From positions 1,116,001-1,180,000 of the forward strand of contig OZ176055.1 of assembly GCA_964247055.1 (NCBI GenBank): DNA of 64,000 nucleotides, in the 5' to 3' direction. This DNA is from Paragordius varius (lineage: Eukaryota > Animalia > Nematomorpha). Positions within the stretch are counted from its first letter, which is position 1; every line of letters starts with the position of its first letter. The translations under genes were made by a program, and so were the position numbers. Below, one piece after another: positions 12,701-25,165 of the stretch. The notes under the pieces are model-generated. The model was not told where the DNA came from and did no database searches. It saw only the letters and a list, made by a program, of their open reading frames with translations.

Positions 12701-15700
12701 AACTTGGGTATTCATACCCTCTTCATGGCCCTTTACTTATCATTTCACTTATTGTTTTGCGACATTTTTTCTTTTTTTACAATGGAATATTCTAATTTGG
12801 ATTCGGCTGTTTTTTCGGCTTTCCATTTTCTAAAAGCTAAGTTTTTTAATCTCACCATTTAAACTTGATGTTATTTACCTTTCTACTACATCCTGCTACC
12901 TTTTCCAATGAATCAACACATAATTGTCTCTGAAGTTGGTCCTGTTATTAGAGTCTGAATTAGAGACCTTATCTGATACCAGCTTTTTATAGGCTTCCAC
13001 GGTAGATGAATGTTTTAGTTTGTTGTAACGTAGTTTTGATACTGTGTTAACTGGGTGATTATAGGGTTACTTTTAAGATGTGCGATTACCAACTTGTGTT
13101 GCGATTGCAGTTCAGGGATTGTTCTGCTATTTGTAAAAGTTTTTTTAAAGAATAGCCTGACATAATCAAATCAATGGCAGTGCTTGATTTGCCTGAAACA
13201 TAAGTGGAATATTTAGATGTGTCCTTTTTAAAGAAGGTATTAATTATTGTTAAATCGTTATTTGTTGCAAAATCAAGAATACATATTTACCATTATCATT
13301 AAGGGAAAAATTAAGATTAAATCCTCCGTGTACATTTGGGATAGGCAAATTGCCGATATGACCATTAAGGTCTTCAGAAAGAATTAATTTTTCATTTTCA
13401 GGGATTCCATTTGAAATTTTTTGATATAGAGTTGACCAAAAAGCATCTGATACGTCATAGATTGTACCATAAACCGGTGCGTATAATGAGAATATATTGT
13501 AGATATAATTATTGATTTTTATTTTACGAACATTTTACGCTCGTTAATGTAATGAGTGGTTGAAATAATATTATTAGATTTTAAACGTTGCGCGATAAAA
13601 ATGGCGACTCCCGCCTTTCTTTTGTCTGAGTTACCAGCACTAAATTATATGAAAATTTCCAACAGTTTTGGTACCTTGCCCCCTTTCCATTTAATTTCCT
13701 GAATAGAACAGATATCCACTTTTCTTGCTTTCATAAAGTCTAGAAGCAATTTCTTTTGATCTCGCTGTCTAACATTCCAAGTCGGTATCCGGAATTTGGA
13801 TTTTTCACAAATTTTTTTTTACGAGGATGGAATTCCTAATCAAAAGAAAAAAAAGGCCGGAGTCGCCATTTTTATCGCGCAACGTTTAAAATCTAATAAT
13901 ATTATTTCAACCACTCATTACATTAACGAGCGTATTATGTTCGTAAAAAATAAAAATCAATAATTTTATCTACAATATATTCTCATTATACGCACCGGTC
14001 TCTTGTACAATCTCTGACTTATCAGATGCGTTTTGGTCAACTCTATATAAAAAAATTTCAAATGGAATCCCTGAAAATGAAAAATTAATTCTTTCTGGAG
14101 ACCTTAAAGGTCATATCGGCAATTTGCCTATCCCAAATGTACAGGGAGGATTTAATCTTAATTTTTCCCCTAATGATAATGGTAAATATGTATTCTTGAT
14201 TTCGCAACAAATAACAATTTAACAATAATTAATACCTTCTTTATTGAGGATACATCTAAATATTCCACTTATGTTTCTTTCAGGCAATCAAGCACTGCCA
14301 TCGATTTGATTTTAAAATAGAAAATAATTTATTAACTTACGGTTATTTTACCATTTTAAAGCAGTTTTTAAATGTGTAATTTTTTTAAGATTAAATGTTG
14401 AATTATTTTTAATAAGTTTAAATGGTATTTTAAGTAAGTAGTTCTTAATGATGTAAAAAAGGTAAAAACTTTTAATTTTGTTGCCATATATTTCTGATGT
14501 TAATGGCTAGCAAAATATACAATTTAATTAATAAAGCATGTTATTTATATAGGAATTATAAAATTATATACCATTTACAGTTCAAATTTACCCTAAAATT
14601 AATTATGTGTTTTTTTAAGATTATAATTACCTTTATTTTATAATATTTTTAAAATATGAACTTCTGTTTAAAATTAATATAATGCTGAAAAAATAATGAA
14701 CTAAGCCATAAAGATATATTTCGTATTCCGAAAACAGATAATCTATTTTTAGGGTGAATTGGAATTGTTCAAGGGTAAATTTTAATTGTAGATGTGGTAT
14801 ATATAAATTTTCCACACTTGAATATTAAAAACTTTTGTAATTTCTCCAAGGTATTAATAAATTTATTGTAAATACCCTAATAACATATGTTATTAAATAG
14901 TTTATTTTCCATATATATCAATTTATAAATTTCTTTTGTGGATTTTTTTTAGAATTTAGTTGCGGTCGGAGAATTAGATCCCCTAAATCGACGTTTATTC
15001 ATTGAACCCAAGCCCGAATTGGTCGTTCAGGGTATATATAATATATATATATACCATTTACAGTTTAAATTCACCCTTGAACAATTTAAATTTATACCTT
15101 TGAACGATTCAAATTTACCCTAAAAAATTATGTGTTTTCAAACTAATAGTACTCTTTATTGATATGAAATATATTTTTATGGCATAATTTATTATTTTTT
15201 CATTATTATTTTAATTTTAAAATTAATTTCAAATATAAAAAATTAAAATAATTTCTAATCTAAAAAAACCTTAATTTATTTGAGGGTTGCTGAATTTGAA
15301 TCGTAAATGGTATATTATCATAAAATATTGAGAAAAAACCAGTTTTCCTGATAATACGTAAGTATATGTTAAATAAGTTACAGTGAGCACATTTATGTGC
15401 TTTGTTCTCATAATTTTTGCCCAATGGGCAATACAGTATCATATAGTTAAATATCAACACAACATTAAATTTGTTTATTTAATTACGGACAAAAGTTGTT
15501 TTAAAACACATGCTACTGTATCACCAATTGAACATCAACAATATGCTTCTCTAATTTTATATATATATATATATCCACAATTAAGGGGTAAAAAATGGAC
15601 TATATTTTAATTTGTAATTTTTTATATTACATATACCATTCACAATTCATATCACCCTTGAAAATTTAAATTCACCCTCGAACTATTCAAATTCACCCTC

Positions 15701-18700
15701 TTAAATTATATGTTATTCAAGATTTATTACCTATATTTTTTTAAAAAATAAAATTTTTATTAAAATTAATATAATACTGAAAAAATAATAAACTATGCCA
15801 TAAAGATATATTTAAATTAATATGAATTATATTAGCTCGAAAACACATCATTTATTTTTAGGGTGAATTTGAATTGTCCCAGGCATTTTTATACAATTAA
15901 ATTTTATCTTAAGTCTCTTTAGTTTATGTTTTATAATATTCTGTATGTATTATGTATGTTTAGTGGTTGTCGTAACCGATGATGATCATATCAAAGATGA
16001 AATCTTACGGCAAATGATCCCAGTTCAAACTATTCAAGAAATTTATCCGATCGAAGTCCATCCCTCAAGGATTCTAACTAAAATTTATAGTTATCTTGGT
16101 ACGTTTTTCTTTAATAATGATTTTTTTGAAAACTTTTGAGTTTTGAGTTTTAAGTTTTTTTGTATATATATATATATATATTAAGATGCGGTTTATGTTA
16201 AAAGAGAAATGGCTAAAATGTGTAAAAACGAAAATATTTTTGAGATATATATATATATATATATATTTGTGTGACAAACATAATTTAAATATAAAAAATA
16301 TGGTTGACATTATAATATTATATTGTTGAAGATCAATTAATTATTGATCTTATTTCGTCTTGTAAAAAAATAAAGAAAGCTATGCTTAAACCATATCTTT
16401 AAATCTTGATTACTTTTTCCTTATTCTTTTGCAATCTGTAAACGATTATTATATTGGATAAATCATATCATGGTTTAAAAGTATGTAGTTTTCCTTTACG
16501 AAAAATGTTTAATAATTTTTTACTTATGATGAAATTTTTTTAAAACAAATTTAATTTTTTATCCATTGGACATTATTTACTTCATTACAGGTGTGAATAA
16601 AAAATTACGGTTATCTGGACGTCCCCTCAATGAAACATTCTTACTTTCGACATGTAAACTGTATAGCTTAGATCAAAGACTCTTAGCCTTTACATCTCAT
16701 GTAAGTTTCATAGTAATATAGTATTATATTTTTATTTTTACCCTAAAAAAATACAATAAGAGGCGCGCCGAATTTTGTATAAATTGTTGGTTAGTTTTTT
16801 CCAGTTTTTTATTTTAATCACTTAAAAAAATGATTTTATTTTGTAATAGATTGGTTTGTTCTCGTTCTATTACTATATATAGGAAATTGGTATTGTAAAA
16901 GGGAAAAAAGCTTGCATTCTTTTTTATATTACAGTCATGTATCCTTTATTTTATGAAAAATTTATTTTTTTTGTTAAATGGTTATAAATTTTTGAAAGCC
17001 CTTGTTTTTTCCATTCTCTACCAAATAAGAGAAAATAAATTTTTGATAAAATAGCGGATGTCACAATGTATAATGATAATTTGGTTATAATTTATGTACA
17101 ACCGGGAAAAACTAAAATATCTTTTGAAAGTTTTTTTTATTTAACCAAGATTCACATACATACGTGTGTTCATTGTATATTGATGTGGTTGGATTGAATT
17201 TTACATCCTAATTACATTCATTGTTGAAATGAAAATCTCATAAATTTATATTTAATTTGTCATAAGGTGTAATTTCATTCTACCCTTTATTGTACTTACC
17301 AAGATGCAGTAAACTTTACTTTTTGTATTTCTTATATAAAATTAAAACATTTAATAATATTCAATTTATTAGATTCCGATATTTCCGTCAACGCTGTTCT
17401 TTAAAATTGAAGGTCGCTGAGTTGGGTAGGATTTGATTTTGGGTTTCCAAGAGGTTCTACATGCCGCATTTTCAACTTTTATGTCCAGCAAGGTTGAATA
17501 TTCTGTGATTGTGGAAGACCAGGTTTTAAAGAGACGTCCTAATCTCGAGCTTGTAGTACGGAAAGATTGCATTATTTATAAGCCGTTTGGCTGTGATGTG
17601 AGAATCGAGGTTAGGGATTTTAAAGATTTTGTATGGGTAAATTCATTTTGAAAGCTGTCGAGTTTACTGTTAAAGGACCTAAAGCATAGTTTTAAATATT
17701 TTAGTTTTAGCAAATTGGAAATTTGTGATGTATGATTTTGTCATTGGCCCGCATTCAGGGCTATAAGTAAGGGCAGGTCGTATGATTGTGGTAAATAATT
17801 TCCCACTGGTTTCAAGATTGACAAATGTTAAATAATGATATTTTCTCAGGACTCCTCAGTTTTATGTTTTAGGGTCGTCTATTTTATTCCTCATTTGGTG
17901 GAAAATGGGGCGTCGTCTAAATACTTTAATTGGGTGACAGTTTTATATTAAATTTATTGGCAATAGAATTGGGGATATTTTGTAACGGGTAAATGATTTT
18001 TGTTGCATATGGTCCAATTAAAATCTGTAATGTATAGTTTATTTATTTCGGCGCATTTTTTATGAAACCAAAATTTGCATTTAAGGCACTGAATAGAATT
18101 TGATTTTACTGCTCTACTACGGATTCTGCTGGTAAATTTCATTGGTTTTTCTATATCTTCATACATTATTTTTGTCTTAATTGGGTTAACTTTGAGACAG
18201 ACCGTATCCCTCAACACAGTTTTTTCAACCATCTATGGCTTGTAGTAGTCAGTCTTTGAATGTATCCTTGATAACCAAATCATCTAGCAATTCTCAGGAT
18301 AATCATCTCCCAATGCTATAATTATTTCATTCGTTAATATTATAATTATTATTATAAAAACCAGGCGACTAGGGTGTGGATCCTCATGAAATATGTATTT
18401 TTCTCACAGTATCAGTATTGGGTGTGTTGCTTTTAATGTACATTTAAATTACCATAATATATAGGTATCGATATATCCTTTGTTAAAATTATTCACATTT
18501 TACACCAAATTTGATTTGTTTAGATATTTTATTTGATAGTATTTAGATCAGTCCGAATTCTATATGGCATCAGATCAGGATTTGTTTGTCGATATGTTTA
18601 AAATGTTGTTGGGATTACTTTCGAATTCTTGGAAGGAAGTGGGAAGGCCAACCATGCTATTATTTTTACAGAAGACAAGCTTGAATCGTAATTTTTTACA

Positions 18701-21700
18701 TTTTATTTGAAATGAGAATTGTTTAATTTAAATTATTAAAAAGAAAGATAATGAGTATTACATTAAAACTATAACTATTTTTTTCCTAAATAATCTAGGT
18801 TTCAGTTGTATAGGGATGTAAAGAGGAAACACATTCAAATCAGTATACAATTAATAACTCTTTTACTTAAAGATTTAGTCCTTACACTTTAATTTTTATG
18901 TATATTGGTAAGAAACCTTATAAGTATCAAAGGTTAAAACGATATTATTAGGTTTTAAACAATAATAATAAAAATTTTTTTGTGGCCTTAATCTTAATTA
19001 TTTTATACAATATTAAAATTTGGATAACATTTTTTTAATGTTTTTAGCTTCCGATAATAAGTTAGCCCGATCGATTGTTACCACACTGACTAAGCTTAAG
19101 GATGGTTATTTAGGTGGTGTTAGGTATCAAATAATAATTTTTTTATACATTATTTAACTTTTTAATTTTCTATACTAGGAAAAATTACAATTACAAAATA
19201 TATTTTTTTTTCTCAGAGTTCAAATTGGTCATATCAAAGATTTTGTAAGTACCTCCTGTATAACCAATGTAACTTGGTTAGTGGACCCTATTGATACTGG
19301 TAAACTATTAGTACGATTTTTATTGGAATGAATTTCAAATAATTTTGATCTCAATAATAAAAATATTTGTTTTTCTTAAGTATTGTGTCATTTTATTTAT
19401 AGTATGTTTTAATACAAAGTTTATGTTGTTTTGATCATTTTAAAGATAAATGTTAGGTTTTTCTTTTAAATTGCAGTAGTTTATCTTAAAAATGCATATG
19501 TATGTGTTTTAGCCAAATTAATATAAATATTTACTTTTATAATAATTTCTACATACTTATTATTGAAAATCGAATTTTTTTTTATAGTATTACAAAATCG
19601 AATAAGTTTACCTATATATTTTGGAAAATTATTTGAAAAATATTTTTTTATTGACAAAACACCTAAAATTACAAGTTATTCTCTTGATTGATAATCCGAA
19701 TATTATATCATCTTTAATTTTTTTTAACTCAACCATCTTAAAAAGATACTTGTAAATCATAACCCATTTATATGTATACCATTTACACTTCAAATTCACC
19801 CTTGAACATTTCCAATTAACCCAACAATTTAAATTTACCCTAAAATAATAAAAAACTATCTACTCTGAATTTTTAATAAAATGAAATTTTGTTTAAAATA
19901 ACAATAATACTGAAAAAATAATAAACTATGCTATAAATTTGATTGTTTTTTAGGGTGAATTTGAATTGTTCGAGGGGGAATTGTATTGTTCAAGGGTGAT
20001 TTTTAAATTGTTCGAGGGTGAATTTGAATTGTTCAAGGGTGAATTTGAATCGTTTAAGGGTGAATTTGAATTGTTCAAGGGTGATTTTTGGAATTGTTTG
20101 AGGGTGAATTTGAATTGTTCAAGGATGAATTTGTATTGTTCGAGGGTGAATTTGAATTGGTCAAGGATGAATTTGAATTGTTTAAGGGTGAAATTGAACT
20201 GTAAATAATTTATATATATATAAATATGGTAGTACATGATAGCCACAGCGTTTTAGAGACCATTTTAGGCCAAGGGCGAACGGCAAAACCTCAGCTATCG
20301 CCGGCTTATGAGAAAGGACAAAGGCCATCCCTAACCCATTGGTCCAACGTTAAACACTATGCCCAATTTTGTCGTGGGCTAGTTAAACGTACCAAATCTA
20401 TATCTGTTGATCGGAATGAAGCTAGTATGTGTAAAATTTAATTGCTTAGTTGATAAAGAGAAAAGTTTTAAGCAAGGAGATAGATCTAATGGAAATATCG
20501 TTTAAATTCAGTGATAATCTAATTTTTATAACTCTTATTAGGTTAAAATTTAGTAATATTTTGTCGCACCAAATCTATATCTGTTGATCGAAATAAGCTA
20601 GTATGTGTAAAATTTTATTAGTTAATAGGAATTTAAAGAGAAAAGTTTTAAAAAGGGAAATTAATTAATGAAATATATATCAGTTTAACAGTATTAATCT
20701 AATTGTTATAACTCTTATAAGGTTAAAATTTTGCTATTTTGTCGCACCAAATCTATATATCTTGATCGGAATGAAGCTAGTATGTGTAAAATTTAATTGA
20801 AGTGATTTTTAAATTTATTTTAAAGAAAAGACTCATAAAAAGGTTTAAATTATAAATTATCTAATGGAAATATTGTTTTTATTTAGTAATTATAAATGAT
20901 AAAATTCAAAAGTTTTACCCAACTTTGTCGTAGTTAATCAAAAATTTGATAAATAGTATTGAAAAACTAAATATATTTTTTTCAGAAAGGGTTTTATATC
21001 AAGGCGATAAAAATATGTTTACAACATAGTTTTTGGCAGGTTTTTTGGTAAAATAAAATAAATTTTTTATGCTATATTCAGATATTATAGCCTCACGAGC
21101 TAGGAAAGACAAAAAAACTTTGTTAGACCTACCCAGTCCCCTGATTGAAGCGACTTCGGTTGCCATGGCAACCACCCCAAATACAGATTACCAAAAGAAG
21201 CCTTTGTTATCTCCTATTGTAGATTCACCACACATCTTACAAAGCTCAGCAAATGAAGGTTATTTAATTAATTAATTTTTTTAAACGGAAAAAATGCGAC
21301 GAAAAATATGACAAATTTATGGTTAATATGTTAGAGTTTCACCCAGGTTTTAGTGATTATATATCGAAAATATTTTTATTTAAATTAATTTAAAAATTAT
21401 AATAAGTGTATGCGTTTGAAACAATTTAGTGTAATTTTTAAAAAATATGTCAAACTATGCCGAAGATATGTATTAATTTATATGCTAAAGTTTTAGCCGG
21501 GTCTTAATGATATTTCTAGTTATATAATTATTAATTTTTTGATACTATTTCAATTCTATGAATTAAATTTTATAACAAAGTATTGTGTTAAAATTTTAAA
21601 TAATTTTTTGAATCTATTATAAAACCAAATAACTACTATCAAACTCAATTGATATCATAAAATGATTAATATTTTTCCATATTTTTTATAAATCAGCTGA

Positions 21701-24700
21701 TCGGTACAGTCATTTTTCGGAATGGAAAGATAACGAAAGCAGTGCTTATCATAACAAAGATTTAGAGGAACTGCAAAAAATGTTACTTCAAAGCGAATCC
21801 CTTAACGAACAAGCCGACATTATTCATTTTCTTTACATAACTAAGTAGGGATTTGCCTTTAGAAAAAAAAATTTTTTTAGATTTTTTAAGGTCTTTGATT
21901 TAAAACCACGTAACTAAAATTAAAAATTTTAATATGAAAAAAATGAATATTTTTGTATAAAATGGGATATTATGAAAAAATCCATCCAACATTCAACAAA
22001 ATGGAAATTTAAATTTTATAAATTCGTATAGTTAATTATTTTAGATGATTTTTAATTAAATTATTTCGTGATATATAATGTGTTTTTAGTTAGAATTTAT
22101 ACAAAAAATTAACCTTAAATGATTAAAAAGAACAGTAAAAATTACAATATTATGAGTAAAAATTAAGGTACTACTATTAATTTTTGTTAAAAAACCAACA
22201 TATATCCATATTTTTGTTTATAAACTAAATTATTGTGTGAAATACGTAACATAGAGTTTGTTTCCCATTTACTATCTATTAACCCGATAAATTATATTAT
22301 GTTTAAAAAATAAAAATACGGTTTTATAAATATGTTTGTCTATTTAAAAAATAATTTATTTAATCTTTTAATTTTTACATTTTCGCCCGTATAATTTTAT
22401 TCCCTTTTTTCTTATAATAGAGGTGCAGATTATGTCGTTAAGAAGGATGGCGAATCCAACATAACTGTCAATGATTTGTTACAAGAACTGTATGATAAAG
22501 TAAAAATGATGATAAATTCCAAAGATTTAATTTTTTTAACATTTTTAAAAATGAATCGCTCTCATATAAAACTGCTCTCTATTTCTTTATTGCTCAGACT
22601 TGTCATACGAAACAATGGTGGTTAGTTAGACATACGGCTGGCCTTCTACGAAAACGTGTTGATAATTTATCAAAGGTAGTATTAAATAAACCACAAAGTA
22701 TGCATTTCAATGGTTTTTACAGCAATTATAGTAGGTGGCAATTTACAATACAACAGTAGCGTATGAATAAAAACAAAGAAAGGAATAAATTATTTATTCA
22801 ACATTTTGTTGTTTTTTTTCCATACACTACTGTAGTGTTGCAAATCGCCCCACTATAGTGTAGTTTGAAAAATAAGCAACCATTAAAATGCATACTCTAA
22901 TATGTAGTACCGAAGATTACAAATGTTTATAATTGGTGAATAATAATAAATCTTTAACAATTTTAGCACTAAAAAAGCAAGTTCATACATATATTTTCCC
23001 CTATGAAAACCAATTGAGATACCATTATAATCAAAATGATATTGCTGTGTTGGCTGTAATCAAATTTTTTCAGTAAATATAACATATTTTGTCCCTAAAA
23101 TTTTGTTGCTTAATGGTTTGTAGCTATAAATCAGATTTATTTTAGGGTTAAGTTTTATATTATCAATCATATTTTTAAAGGAAATTTTGTTATCAAAATT
23201 TTGGAAATTTAATATTCATATCTTTCCAATAAAATAGATTGTGACAGATTTGTTAGTACATCAAAAACAGGTGACTATAGGCTTACCTCCAGAACCACGT
23301 GAAAAAATTATATCACACCCGTTGCCCCCTGATAAATTACGTGACCTTATAAATGAAGCCTATGGCGATGATTACAGTTCTGCCATGTTGACTCAAGTTT
23401 TTAATTTTTTTTAGTGTTTTATAAAAAAATAATTTTAAAAAAATGGAATATAGACGGTTTTTTAAAAAGAGTTTTAATAAAAATAAGAGCTTTATGTTAA
23501 CTTGAGTAAAGAATTTTTATTAATCTTTTCAATTTTTGAGTAATCTTGATGGGTGTACTTTAGTAATGATGGAATATTAACTTTAATGAATACAAATAAT
23601 TGCTTGTAGTTTATTATAAATTGCTATATAACATTTACAATAAAGTGTGATATTGTTATCGGATTAAAATTGGTCAATTAAATTTAAAAACTAATGATAG
23701 AATTTCTATAGCTCGGTATTGTTAACTACAAGTTTTTGATTTTATTAATTTTTATTTATTTGAAAAGAAATATCATTTTTGAGTAAATAGTTTTCAGATT
23801 AATTGTTTAATCAACTTTTTTTACATTGTTGGTTATTTAATAAATTTCGGATTTACGCCTAATGTTGGTGCTTTAGGAAACTATAATTTTTATTTAACCA
23901 GACATAATTCTCTCTTGTTGTACCATGAATACTACTGTAAAACTGAAATTACACGGACAAAACGTAAAAATATAAAGACAAATTTTTTCTAAAAGACAAC
24001 CACCATACTTTTTTAATATTGCTTTATTTTAATATAACACATTGTCTTAAATGGCAAAGTGTTAAATTGAGATATATAAGACTAACACAATCAATTCTAT
24101 ATTTTATAATTGTAACGAAATAACTTGTATAGGAAAAAATAAGGTTTTAAAAAGTATGATTGTCTTTTAGAAAAAAAATATTTGTCTTAATATTTTCACG
24201 TTTTGTCCGTATAAATTCAACTTTTACTGTATCTTATTTAAACTATATTTCTCAGTATATGACCCAAACCAAAACTTGATTCCTAATCAAACCAATTAAA
24301 TTAATGTGATAAAAATTTACATTACATATGAAATTATGAATAAAAATCATTCAATCACCTTTGCAGTCTAATAATACAAATTGTCATGTCATCATTATTA
24401 TTTGTATGGGGATTCGCTATTTCCGTTAATTTTTTCAATCTTTTCGATCTGATAAAGTGTTAGCTAAAGCGATTTGAGGTAAAGAGCAATTCTATTTAGT
24501 AAGGAATAGCTAAAATATAGCTTTTTTTAATTTTTATCTGGCAATAATTTATAAAAACCAGCAATTTCCCTTTACTCGTACTGTATATGTCAAAAAAATA
24601 AAAAATTTCTTGTCAAAATAATTTACAGTAAAAATTGAAATTATACGGACAAAACGTAAAAATTTAAAGGCAAATATTGTTTTCCAAAGACAACCATACT

Positions 24701-24930
24701 TTTTTACTTAATTTATCCTATAACAATGATTTAATTACAATTGTAAACTACACAATTAATTGTGTTACCAAATGACATTTCTATATTATTTTTACAGTTC
24801 AAAACAATAAGTTACATTTTAAATAATCCAAATATAAAAAGTATGGTTGTCTTTTTTTGGAAAAAAAATAGTCTTTATATTTTCAGGTTTTGTTCCGTAT
24901 ATTTTTAATTTTTACTGTAATTTATCACTT

Positions 24931-24965
<35 letters not shown>

Positions 24966-25132
24966 TCCATATTATACTTTACAGTTCAAAACAATGCATT
25001 ACATTTCAAATAATCGCGAGATATAAAAAGTATGGTTGTCTCTTTTTGAAAAAAAATTTGTCTTTATATTTTTAAGTTTTGTCCCGTATATTTTCAATTT
25101 TTACTGTAATTTATCACTTTTATAAATTTACA

Positions 25133-25165
<33 letters not shown>

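Noticed and set aside
17369-17651. Overlapping ORFs of 67 and 72 aa
   Set aside because: They lie in the decayed 3' part of a LINE fragment and are not in frame with PHKA.
19950-20246. Repetitive ORFs (FKFTLEQ / EGEFELFK repeats)
   Set aside because: Products of the 21-bp tandem array, which is stop-free in some frames by construction.
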